A stretch of 64,000 nucleotides of DNA from an uncultured virus (IMG/VR IMGVR_UViG_2811995017_000002) (taxonomy: Duplodnaviria; Heunggongvirae; Uroviricota; Caudoviricetes), in the IMG/VR virus record IMGVR_UViG_2811995017_000002, positions 1-64,000 of that record. One strand, 5' to 3'. A program made the position numbers and the translations under genes. The notes below the pieces were generated by a model. It saw only the letters and a program-made list of their open reading frames with translations. It searched no databases and was not told the DNA's origin. Of the stretch, positions 47,372 through 56,931 are shown piece after piece; the first letter of the stretch is position 1, and each line of letters opens with the position of its first letter.

Positions 47372-48496
47372 ATGGCAGTTGCACAATCGTATGATTTCCA
47401 GCAACAAGTTCGCGACATGCAGGCGAACGTAGATTTAATTCTTACAAAGGCACCGGTTCTTTTCGGTTTGATCGGAACAGGTGAAGCCCTAACGCAAACA
47501 AAGTTCGAATGGCAAAACGATTACTTGAACAGCGACACAGCAATCGCTAAAGCTGCCGTAGCGGCCGATGCAACCGAAATCCAGTTGGACGCAGGCGACG
47601 CTCGCAAATTTACGGAGAATGCACTTGTGCAAAACGGTCTTGAAGTATTGCGCGTAACAAAAGTCGACGAAGCTGCCGACAAAATTACGGTCCAACGTGG
47701 ATATGACGCGACTACTCCAGAAGCCATCGAAGCAAACGGAGAGCTGAAGGTTATTTCTCGTCCTCGTCCAGAAGGTGAGTCCGTGCTTAGAAAGAACGAA
47801 ATCAATGACCGTATTGTATCGTTCAACTACTCTCAGATTTTCACTCGTTACGCTTCCGTTTCTCGTACGCAACAACAAGTAAACACTTACGGAGTTGCTG
47901 ACGAGCTTGACTACCAGGTTAACTTGCGTTTGCAAGAGATGGTTCGCGAAATTAACAACTCTCTAATTTACGGCCGTAAATACCAAGGGTCTGATCTGCA
48001 ACCTCGTACTTCCGGTGGCTTATTTGCGTTCGCTCAAGAACAGGGATCTGCTTCAAAAGATTTCGGAGGTAAGGAAATCACAGCAAAAGGCTTGAACGAT
48101 GCTATCGAAGAAACTTTCAAACGCGGCGGACGTGTGAACACAGTTCTTTGTGCGCCGAACGTTTCTCGCCAGATCACTAAACTTGCGGGCGATACTATCC
48201 GTACAACTCGCGGAGAGGGTCAAGTCGGCTATCAGATCATGTCCTTCATGAGTGATCTTCCGGGCGGTGCAGTTTCTCAGGTCGTTGTCGATCAGAACAT
48301 GCCTAAAGATCGCGCAGTATTGCTTGATCTCGATAATATCAAAGCACGTTACCTGACTTCTATTTACGACCAAGATGCTACAGAACCGGGCGCTGACTAC
48401 TTCGCACGCGTAATCCGAGGCGAACTTGGTTTCGAAATTAAAAACGCGAAAGAATCAGTAGCAATCCTTTCCGGAATTTCTAAAACTGTTTCCTAA
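47372..48496 (+). CDS. Major capsid protein
   Basis: Follows scaffold; KFEWQND, NYSQIF...VSRTQQ, E...SLIYG. Confidence 0.85.
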   Translation: MAVAQSYDFQQQVRDMQANVDLILTKAPVLFGLIGTGEALTQTKFEWQNDYLNSDTAIAKAAVAADATEIQLDAGDARKFTENALVQNGLEVLRVTKVDEAADKITVQRGYDATTPEAIEANGELKVISRPRPEGESVLRKNEINDRIVSFNYSQIFTRYASVSRTQQQVNTYGVADELDYQVNLRLQEMVREINNSLIYGRKYQGSDLQPRTSGGLFAFAQEQGSASKDFGGKEITAKGLNDAIEETFKRGGRVNTVLCAPNVSRQITKLAGDTIRTTRGEGQVGYQIMSFMSDLPGGAVSQVVVDQNMPKDRAVLLDLDNIKARYLTSIYDQDATEPGADYFARVIRGELGFEIKNAKESVAILSGISKTVS

Positions 48497-48501
48497 TTAA
48501 C

Positions 48502-48528
48502 GGGGCCTTTCAAGGCCCTTTTTATTTT
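48502..48528 (+). terminator. Terminator after the capsid gene
   Basis: GGGGCCTT-TC-AAGGCCCT followed by a T-tract. Confidence 0.7.
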
Positions 48529-48547
48529 GAAAGGGGTGAGGCCGTAA

Positions 48548-48967
48548 ATGGCTTTAAGTAATGAAGACGTACAACGATTGAACCTTATTTCACCGGCTGC
48601 AAATGACCTGAAACTCGGAGAAATTATCCAAAGTTTGCTCGAGGCATCCGGAGGTCCTGTCGAAATTCCAGACGGTTCTATCACAACCGAAAAACTAGCG
48701 GACAATTCAGTCCTTAACCGTAATATCGGCGATGGCTCCGTACAAAACCGGAACATCGGAACCGGAAGCGTTCAAGAAAACAATCTCGGCGCTAAATCGG
48801 TGACTATGACGAAACTAGGCGACGATGTTAAATCGGCTTTGGACGGGAAACTAACCGCAACAAAAGCGGCTACGCAAGCGAACAGCGCCGCAGCAGACGT
48901 CGACGGTTTGAAGGCCGATTTTAACGCATTGCTTGCGAAACTCAAAACGGCAGGATTGATGTCTTAA
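48548..48967 (+). CDS. Head fibre/decoration protein
   Basis: GSITTEKLAD-type repeats; LKADFNALLAKLKTAGLM. Confidence 0.7.
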   Translation: MALSNEDVQRLNLISPAANDLKLGEIIQSLLEASGGPVEIPDGSITTEKLADNSVLNRNIGDGSVQNRNIGTGSVQENNLGAKSVTMTKLGDDVKSALDGKLTATKAATQANSAAADVDGLKADFNALLAKLKTAGLMS

Positions 48968-49158
48968 TGGCGGAATATAAGACGTTGCCAAACTACGAAT
49001 TTATCAGAGATGGTCTATACATCGTCTTTAACGGATACGGCGTTTATAAAACGAACGTTGAAAAGGAAATCGCAGCGCTCGATAAATACGATCCGTTCAT
49101 TCAACGCGTGGATAAACCGGCGGCCAAGCCGAAAGCAGCGGCTAAACCGAAAAAATAA
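48967..49158 (+). CDS. Small virion-associated hypothetical protein
   Basis: Coupled ORF in the head module. Confidence 0.55.
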   Translation: MAEYKTLPNYEFIRDGLYIVFNGYGVYKTNVEKEIAALDKYDPFIQRVDKPAAKPKAAAKPKK

Positions 49159-49172
49159 CGGAGGTGATTCAT

Positions 49173-49511
49173 GTGGCGGTTGAAGATCGACTAAGAACGC
49201 GTTTATCACGAGTGCCGGGCGTCACAGCGGACGATATTGCCGCATGGACTGCCGAAGCTGTTAAAGAAAGCGGCCTGAATCCGGAAGAACATGAAAATGC
49301 CGTGCTGTTTTGCGCACTCGGTATCGCCTACGAAACGATTGCTTCGGAAGCGGCTCGGTTTTTTAGCTTCGGAGACGGCGAGGAAACGATCGACAAGACG
49401 AATATCTTTGCGAATTACTCGCAGCTTGCGAAAGACGCGAAGAAAGATTTCCGTAAGCAACTCCGATTACTGACGAGTCAAAGCTTCGCACCAAGGGCGG
49501 ACGGACGATGA
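49173..49511 (+). CDS. Putative head-tail adaptor
   Basis: Position and size. Confidence 0.55.
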   Translation: MAVEDRLRTRLSRVPGVTADDIAAWTAEAVKESGLNPEEHENAVLFCALGIAYETIASEAARFFSFGDGEETIDKTNIFANYSQLAKDAKKDFRKQLRLLTSQSFAPRADGR

Positions 49512-50317
49512 GTAAGCAGGCGGAACTAGAACGGCAGCTTAAAAAAGTATCGATGGAATATCGAAAGTTTAACGCAGAGCAACAAGAATTCGCGATTAAG
49601 GAGATCGGCCGGATTCGGTTAGAAATTATCGACATGCTCTCGGAGTACAGCGGCAGCGACGGAACTATTAAGAAACAGCGCTTGAACAAACTACTTCGCG
49701 AGCTTGAGTCGATAGAGAGACTCGTACGAGATACCGGCATGGATGCGCTAAACAAAGTCATCTCGGAGACGGCATCATTTACGAACGACGGGATCAAAAA
49801 ATCGTTGTCGGACGTTGTTGGTGCCGCAGCGATCTCCGGCGTTGCTTTCGATAAGATCAACAAAAACGTGTTGCGCTACATGGTCAATCGGTTAGGAGCC
49901 GATGATCTCGTTTTGTCCGATCGTGTTTGGAACTTTGCCGGTGATCAGCGTGCCGAGCTTACGAAGGTTATTCGGTCCGGAATTATCCGGGGAGATTCGG
50001 TTAGTACGATCAGCGCCAATGTGCGAAAAGTCTACGACAATGATGCGTGGAAGATACGGCGTTTAGTTGTGACGGAAGGGAATACGGCGCATCGCGTCGC
50101 TACGGCCTATTCAGCGCAACAAAGCAAAGTCGTGCAGGCGGTTCGGGTTCATCGCGGAAAGGCAAACCGCCCGGACCACCGATGTACACAGCTCGAACTC
50201 GAAGACCGTTACGGAATGGGACCAGGCCTATACAAACCGACCGATTCCGAAATCTACATGATGCATATTAATTGCACCGGATATCTGACGTATGAAATCG
50301 ATCCGAAATACCTTTAG
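49508..50317 (+). CDS. Minor head protein (MuF/SPP1 gp7-like)
   Basis: LSDRVW, RRLVVTE, C...HINCT motif. Confidence 0.7.
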   Translation: MSKQAELERQLKKVSMEYRKFNAEQQEFAIKEIGRIRLEIIDMLSEYSGSDGTIKKQRLNKLLRELESIERLVRDTGMDALNKVISETASFTNDGIKKSLSDVVGAAAISGVAFDKINKNVLRYMVNRLGADDLVLSDRVWNFAGDQRAELTKVIRSGIIRGDSVSTISANVRKVYDNDAWKIRRLVVTEGNTAHRVATAYSAQQSKVVQAVRVHRGKANRPDHRCTQLELEDRYGMGPGLYKPTDSEIYMMHINCTGYLTYEIDPKYL

Positions 50318-50332
50318 AAAGGCGGTGGATGC

Positions 50333-50722
50333 GTGATTGATTCGTATGATGTTGCGTTTATGAAACAGGCGCGTGAAGACATGGTCGGAGGGCGAACGCA
50401 TGAGGTTACGGTAATTTATGAGGCGGGATTCACCAACGATCCGATTACTGACGAGAAGAAACCGGTATATGACGAGATTAAGGTCTCGTCTGTAGTTACA
50501 GAAATCAGTTCGCAGGTCAAGATCGATCGGCAACTGCTGGATAGTATCGAAGTAGAGGGCGGAGACATCTGGTTCTCTGTCGCTATTGAACTGATTGCGG
50601 ATATTTACGAGAATATCAAACGCGTTATCTATGATGGAAAAGACTACGAGGTCCTTTCGAAAGATAAGAAAGGAATCGGCGAACGGAATCATGCGGAGTT
50701 CGTTGGGAGGAGGATAACGTGA
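50333..50722 (+). CDS. Putative head closure protein
   Basis: Position; YDGKDYEV. Confidence 0.55.
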   Translation: MIDSYDVAFMKQAREDMVGGRTHEVTVIYEAGFTNDPITDEKKPVYDEIKVSSVVTEISSQVKIDRQLLDSIEVEGGDIWFSVAIELIADIYENIKRVIYDGKDYEVLSKDKKGIGERNHAEFVGRRIT

Positions 50723-51075
50723 GGAACGGAAGGGTTCGTATCGATATAGAGGGCGTTAACCGAGTTGTTCGCGCCTTGGAGTACGAAGGTCTTGTACGCG
50801 ATATCGGCAACACGACCGAGGCATACACACGAAAGATGGCGAATGAATCTGCGGATTATGCTCCGGTTAAGACCGGTAGGCTTCGTAATTCTATCGTCTC
50901 AAGTCCGGAAGAAATCGACCAGACAACGTGGGAGTACGGTTCGGACGAAGATTACGCGAAGATTCAAGAATACACAAATAAAACGCATAAGGCGTTCATC
51001 CGAAAATCCGTATGGAACAACGAGCTGCCGTATACGGAGAAAATAAACAGCCTTGTCCGTCAGTTAGGGCGGTGA
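50719..51075 (+). CDS. HK97 gp10-like neck protein
   Basis: APVKTGRLRNSI...YAKIQEY. Confidence 0.78.
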   Translation: MRNGRVRIDIEGVNRVVRALEYEGLVRDIGNTTEAYTRKMANESADYAPVKTGRLRNSIVSSPEEIDQTTWEYGSDEDYAKIQEYTNKTHKAFIRKSVWNNELPYTEKINSLVRQLGR

Positions 51076-51512
51076 TTATTACGAAACAGATCGATTTACA
51101 ATATTCGATTAAGCAGCATCTGGCGGAAAAGACCGGCTATAAAGTCGTTTGGATTTATGACGGCGTTACTTTGCCGGAAACGAGACCGTTCATTACGATC
51201 GAACAAATGCAAGACAATACGTCGATGCTTGCGAAATTACGTGAAACAGTTCGGACGATCTACCACTTTCAAGTCGGAGTTTACGCTAATTCAGCGACAG
51301 AACGAGCGGCTATTCAGGAGACAGTCCGGAGGATTTTCCTGTTCGATCGCTTCAAATTAATAGATGCGAATGGCCCGAGCAAAGAACTCGGGCTTTTTTG
51401 CGTGGATATGACGGCCGAGACACCTATATCGGCCGAGGATTTATCGGACAAAACGAACTATCATCGGGTCTTCTTTGATATCGAAGTAGACGCGACATAC
51501 CAGGCTTACTAA
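51072..51512 (+). CDS. Putative tail terminator (start uncertain)
   Basis: Position; PFITIEQ. Confidence 0.55.
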   Translation: MIITKQIDLQYSIKQHLAEKTGYKVVWIYDGVTLPETRPFITIEQMQDNTSMLAKLRETVRTIYHFQVGVYANSATERAAIQETVRRIFLFDRFKLIDANGPSKELGLFCVDMTAETPISAEDLSDKTNYHRVFFDIEVDATYQAY

Positions 51513-51529
51513 ACAAAGGGGGAGTTAAT

Positions 51530-52241
51530 TTGGCAATAGAATATCGCGGTGAAGAGATTTTATTCGCGGTCGTCATTGATGACGAGACATCAGGCGAAAA
51601 ACTTGTCCGTCCGTTTAACCAAACAGGCGGATCAACAAGCTCCGAGGCAGATTCTATCGATTTGGACACGAAAGATAAGACCGGTAGTGATTACGGAAAA
51701 GTAACTCAAAATGTATCTTTCGAGGGCGTCATCACTGAAGGTGACCCGTTTGTAAAAGCAATGAAAAAGAAACAAAGAAAAAAAGAATTCGTGAAAATTT
51801 ACGAGATTGATACGCGTACCAAGGAAGCGGAAGTTGGATTGTATATGATTTCTAATTTCGAGCGCGAATTCAGTAACGGGGACTTTGCGACTTACTCGCT
51901 TGAGGGATCACTAAACGGTGAAATTAAAGAGCAGACACTAACAGAGATTCCGGCGGGTGCGCCTAGCTCGGATACTCCAGCTACTCCCTAATGCGCCCCA
52001 AAATCTATCGTACACGGCTACGGCAGATAGTGTAACGGTGAAATGGGACCCGGTAGATGGGGCGACATCATACAAAGTTTATAGAGGCGAGGCCAAAAAC
52101 TTAGATGCTGAAGTAGCTGGACCGCCTCATACATTGACAGGTATCACGGCAGATACACAGCTCACGGTTAACGTGACGGCGGTTAATGCGGCGGGCGAAT
52201 CGCCGATGAGCGAGATCGTTACTCGCACCACAGCATCTTAA
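51530..52241 (+). CDS. Major tail tube protein (51530-51991) with +1 frameshift extension to an FN3 domain (to 52241)
   Basis: DSIDLDTKD TP901-1-type motif; CCC-TAA at 51986-51991; +1 frame PNAPQNL...VKWDPVDGATSY...VTAVNAAGES. Confidence 0.85.
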
Positions 52242-52297
52242 TTAAAAATTAACGGGGCGCCTTGCGGGCGTCCTTTTTCTATAGGAGGAATTGGAAT

Positions 52298-52965
52298 ATG
52301 GCACGTTTTGAAATCGAAGGAAATGAATACGAACTCAAGCTAACATACGCAAGTGTTGAATACTTAAACGGACTTTACAAAGGTGGCTCATTCGAATTGA
52401 TCGGGAAGGCTCTTATGGGTGATCTCGAAGCATTCCCGAATATCGTTCATGCCGGACTATTCCATACCGGAAAGAACTTCTCGATCAAAAAAGTTCGCGA
52501 GGCAATCGAAGCCGCAATTTCGGAAGAAAAGCTCGATATGGACGAAATTATGAAGCTTTCAAACGAGGTAGTTTCTAAAAGTTTTTTCTACAAGAAGACG
52601 GTCGAGAAGATTCTGAAGAAAGATCCACAGGCAGCGAAAATGCTAGCGGACTTTCTGAAATAGAGGAAGTATTTCACGCCGGCTGGCGTTTTCTTGGGAA
52701 ATCTCCGGAGGAAATACGGAAGCTAACTCCACGTGAATTCTACGTTTTGTTAGACGCAGAACAGGAGCGGAAGTATGACCGTTTCGAAGAGCACGCGTTA
52801 ACCGCAATGATGATCGGAAAAGTCAACAACGCGCGGAAACGCATTAAACTCAGCGATCTATTCAAACGCCCAGAAAAATCGGACGTATCAACGCAAAAAG
52901 CCGAAGACTTGTTCGAAAAGCAACAGAAAGCCAGCGAATGGCTGTCGCAATTTGAAATCGAATAG
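52298..52965 (+). CDS. Tail assembly chaperone G (52298-52663) and -1 frameshifted GT form (to 52965)
   Basis: T TTT TTC heptamer at 52582-52588; -1 frame open from 52579 to 52965. Confidence 0.8.
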
Positions 52966-52979
52966 AAAGGAGGGGCTAA

Positions 52980-55900
52980 ATGGCGGATCATACTATTAAC
53001 GTCCGAATAGGCGCTACAATAACGGATCTGACACGCTCTTTGTCTGAGGCACAATCGCGAATATCTTCTTTTGGACAGGAAATGGCGGGATTTTCTCGAT
53101 CGATTGCGTTAGGTTTCGGGGCCGCAGCGACCGGAATGGCTGCCGGCCTTTCTGCTACTGTCACCAAGTCTGCCGAATTTGATACTGCTATGCGAAAAGC
53201 TGGCGCAATTGCCGGGGCTACCGGAAGCGATTTTCAGAAAATGCGGGATTCAGCATTAGAACTAGGCGCTTCAACTACGCAGACATCGTCTCAAGTAGCA
53301 GAAGCTATGACGGAACTTGCCGCAAAAGGATTTGACGCGAACCAGGTTATCGCTGCCATGCCCGGAATTATAGCCGCCGCGGAGGCTTCGGGTGAGGATC
53401 TTGCTTTAACAAGTGACACTATCACATCGGCATTAAACGCTTTCAACATGAAAGCAAGCGAATCTGGGAGAGTTGCTGATGTCTTGGCGATGACCGCGAA
53501 TAAGTCAGCTGCGGGTATGACATCACTACAGTACGCTTTCAAATACGCAGCGGGACCGGCGGCGCAGCTCGGCATATCATTGGAGGAACTTGCGGCCGCT
53601 ACGGGGATAATGGTCGATGCTGGACTCGCGGGCGAGCAGGCGGGTACGACGCTACGATCTGCTTTACTTCGGCTAGTTGATCCACCAAAGCGGGCGGCTA
53701 ATACCTTAGAGGATCTCGGCGTAACAACTGTTGACCAAAACGGTAATTTCCGGTCATTAAAAGACATTATCGGCCAGCTACAAAAAGGTATGGCGGGCAT
53801 GACCGACGCTCAGAAATCAGCGGCTCTCGCAAGCATATTCGGTACTGAAGCAGTTACCGGAATGATGGCGGTTGTTTCGAAGGGACCCGACGCGTTGGGC
53901 GAGTTTACGAAAGAGCTAGAAAACTCCGGTGGCGCAGCAGCGAAAGCCGCAAAGCAAATGAAAGAAGGTATCGGCGGTTCTCTTGAACATTTGAGCGGGG
54001 CGTTCGAATCATTCGCGATAACAATAGGGGATCAGCTTGCTCCCTACGTTTCGGCTGCGGCTGACAAGATCGCTGATTTAACTGAGCGCTTCAACAAACT
54101 GAGTGATGGTACGAAGAAATTTATCGCAGTAACTGCGGCCATTGTTACTGGATTAGTAGCCTTTATAGCGATTTCGGCAGCAACAGTAACAGCAGTCGCT
54201 TCCTTCTCGTCCAGTCTCGGTACACTCGCCTTCGCACTTAACACAACCCGAAAAGCGCTTTTACTAACAATGTTTCAGTTCACGCTGGGAATAGGCGCCG
54301 TTATCGCATTAGCAGCCGCATTCGCCTACGTCTACGAGAATAGCGACACGGTCCGCGAAAAACTTCAGGATTTAGGAAACAAACTGGGGCAGAAGGTAAC
54401 TCCGGTAGTAAAAAACTTGACCGCGCTGTTCAAAGGACTCGCGGAAACGCTAACTGGCGACTTCACGAAAGGCTCAATCGCTTTACACAATCTTTTGCCG
54501 CCTTCTGTTGCGAATGTCGTCGTCAAAGGAGTCGCAATTATCCGAGGCGCATTCGAGGATTTGAAAAAGGCAATATCTGACGCCTTTAACGGAGATTTCT
54601 CAGGGTTCGCGGAATTCATTCCGAATATCATCGGAATCATAGTCGGCGGTATTCCGGGATTGATCGTTGCGGGTTCGAAATACCTCCCGGCAATAGCGCA
54701 AGGCATTCAGCAGAACATGCCGACCATTCTCAATACTGCGGTTAATATTGTGAATTCTTTCGTCAATATGATCGTCACGAATCTACCTATAATTTTACAA
54801 GCGGGCATTCAGATCATCCAAGGTTTGTTGAACGGATTTACTCAAGCGTTGCCGAGTATTCTAACGGCCGCAACTCAGATCATCAATTCGTTAGTTCAAG
54901 CGATCGTTACGTTATTACCTGCGCTGATCGGCGCCGGTATTTTGATCCTGACTTCACTGATCCAAGGAATAGTCGAGGCGCTACCGCAGATCATCCAAGC
55001 GGCCACAACGATGCTGACGACGCTGATTAATACGATCGTAACGCTTATGCCAATGATTATCCAGGCCGGAATACAAATTTTAAATGCGTTAATTTCTGGA
55101 ATTATCCAGGTTCTTCCGCAATTAATTGAAGCGGCGTTGCAGCTAATACTCGCGCTTGCAAACGCAATTATTGAGAATTTGCCGACGATTATTGACGCCG
55201 GTATCCAGATTCTAAATAGCTTGATTGACGGCATCATTCAAATTCTTCCGCAACTCATCGAAATGGCGATTTATCTAGTCGTTACTATAGCGCAAGCGTT
55301 AATCGAAAATTTGCCGAAAATCATTGATGCCGGGATTCAGTTACTGCTTGCTCTTATTGACGGGATTCTCCAAAACCTACCGCAATTAATTGAGGCAGCG
55401 ATAGAGCTCATCTTTGCTATTGCGCAGGCTTTGATAGACCATCTTCCTGAAATACTGGATGCCGGGATGCAAATTCTCATGGCGGTAGTTGACGGGATTA
55501 TGCAGTTGTTACCGGAATTATTTTCAGTGGGTATGGAAATTGTCGGTGAAATTGCGGGCTCAATTATAGACAACAGTGGCGAAATTTTCAACGCCGGAGC
55601 AGACCTAATGCATGGTTTGTGGGACGGAATTTGGTCCATGAAAGATTGGATCGGACAAAAAATCGGCGACTTTATGGGCGGAATCACAAAGGATATTAAA
55701 GATACCTTCGGAATTCACTCACCATCCCGCGTATTCCGTGACGAAATCGGTAAGTTCCTTCCGATGGGTCTTGCGGTAGGTATCGAGCGCAATATCGGCG
55801 TAGTCAAAGCGGCGGCTAACGAAATGGCAAACGCGGCTCTGTTTGACGCACAGGACTACTCGTATACGGTTGACGCAGCGTATAACCGAAGCGTACCGTT

Positions 55901-56081
55901 AAGTTTTTCTAGAGACGATTATGCTTCCGGAAATAACTCCGTTTCTCCGATTAATATTACGCTTAATTATAGCGGAAGTGGGTCGAGAGAAGATGCGGAG
56001 AAGATGTACGATCTGATCCAAAGCAAATTCAACGAAGATTTCCGCATTCAGCAACGAATTAGCGGCGTCAAAGGTGGGTGA
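52980..56081 (+). CDS. Tape measure protein
   Basis: 1033 aa; TP901-type core, LPQ(L/I)I helical repeats, FGIHSPSR. Confidence 0.93.
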   Translation: MADHTINVRIGATITDLTRSLSEAQSRISSFGQEMAGFSRSIALGFGAAATGMAAGLSATVTKSAEFDTAMRKAGAIAGATGSDFQKMRDSALELGASTTQTSSQVAEAMTELAAKGFDANQVIAAMPGIIAAAEASGEDLALTSDTITSALNAFNMKASESGRVADVLAMTANKSAAGMTSLQYAFKYAAGPAAQLGISLEELAAATGIMVDAGLAGEQAGTTLRSALLRLVDPPKRAANTLEDLGVTTVDQNGNFRSLKDIIGQLQKGMAGMTDAQKSAALASIFGTEAVTGMMAVVSKGPDALGEFTKELENSGGAAAKAAKQMKEGIGGSLEHLSGAFESFAITIGDQLAPYVSAAADKIADLTERFNKLSDGTKKFIAVTAAIVTGLVAFIAISAATVTAVASFSSSLGTLAFALNTTRKALLLTMFQFTLGIGAVIALAAAFAYVYENSDTVREKLQDLGNKLGQKVTPVVKNLTALFKGLAETLTGDFTKGSIALHNLLPPSVANVVVKGVAIIRGAFEDLKKAISDAFNGDFSGFAEFIPNIIGIIVGGIPGLIVAGSKYLPAIAQGIQQNMPTILNTAVNIVNSFVNMIVTNLPIILQAGIQIIQGLLNGFTQALPSILTAATQIINSLVQAIVTLLPALIGAGILILTSLIQGIVEALPQIIQAATTMLTTLINTIVTLMPMIIQAGIQILNALISGIIQVLPQLIEAALQLILALANAIIENLPTIIDAGIQILNSLIDGIIQILPQLIEMAIYLVVTIAQALIENLPKIIDAGIQLLLALIDGILQNLPQLIEAAIELIFAIAQALIDHLPEILDAGMQILMAVVDGIMQLLPELFSVGMEIVGEIAGSIIDNSGEIFNAGADLMHGLWDGIWSMKDWIGQKIGDFMGGITKDIKDTFGIHSPSRVFRDEIGKFLPMGLAVGIERNIGVVKAAANEMANAALFDAQDYSYTVDAAYNRSVPLSFSRDDYASGNNSVSPINITLNYSGSGSREDAEKMYDLIQSKFNEDFRIQQRISGVKGG

Positions 56082-56088
56082 TTAACGA

Positions 56089-56910
56089 ATGGATTTAACA
56101 ATCGAAAGACTAAACGGAGATAAATACGTCCTGTCCGAACACGGAATAGTTACGCGTGATTTCGTCATCGATTCACCCGAGGCAATTAACGCAACTGAAA
56201 CGGTAGAAGGCATGGACGGAGTGATCGACGCTGGAACAACGTATGGACCTCGAACAATGACGGGGTCCTTTTATTTTAAGGCGGTAGATTTATACGATTA
56301 TCCACTGTTGCGAAACGAAGTCTATCGGATTTTTCAATCGAAAGAAGCGTTTTATATTATCGATTCGCGGGAGCCTTGGCGTCGTTGGCTCGCTAAAGTT
56401 GACGGAAAGTTTTCGCCGGATCAGCAACGCATATACGGCTTTATAGAGGTTCCGTTTATCAGCGCCAGTCCTTACGCTGAGTCAGTCGGAACGTCTCTTT
56501 CGAATTTCACAACCGATGTAAACTTATGGGGATTCGGCAACGGTTTATTCGCGGAGGATTACCAGTACGTACACACAGATAAGTCTTTTCGGATATACAA
56601 CGCAGGCGATGCGACGGTTGATCCGAGGAATAAACCGTTAAAGATTACGATTAAATCGAAAAAGAATATCTCGAAGGTTTCTATCGGCTTATACAACGCA
56701 ACAACCAAAGACGAATGGACGTATACCGGAAGCATGAATACGACTCTTCCGATCGTCATCAACGGCACACGGACGGTAAGGAGCGCGACGTCATTGACCG
56801 ATAAAACGAATTACGGTCTTATTACGCTTGCTCCCGGATGGAACAGTATACAAGTATCTGGCGAAGAAATAGCGGAAGTCTCGTTCGACTTTCGCTTTTA
56901 TTATTTATAA
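56089..56910 (+). CDS. Distal tail protein (Dit)
   Basis: After TMP; VEGMDG, PYAES, LAPGWNSI. Confidence 0.82.
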   Translation: MDLTIERLNGDKYVLSEHGIVTRDFVIDSPEAINATETVEGMDGVIDAGTTYGPRTMTGSFYFKAVDLYDYPLLRNEVYRIFQSKEAFYIIDSREPWRRWLAKVDGKFSPDQQRIYGFIEVPFISASPYAESVGTSLSNFTTDVNLWGFGNGLFAEDYQYVHTDKSFRIYNAGDATVDPRNKPLKITIKSKKNISKVSIGLYNATTKDEWTYTGSMNTTLPIVINGTRTVRSATSLTDKTNYGLITLAPGWNSIQVSGEEIAEVSFDFRFYYL

Positions 56911-56931
56911 ACACGGAAGGGAGGCGGATAT

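Noticed and set aside
53291..55687. Long antisense ORFs in the tape measure gene (and similar ones elsewhere)
   Set aside because: Shadow frames of well-supported plus-strand genes with no SD or motifs.
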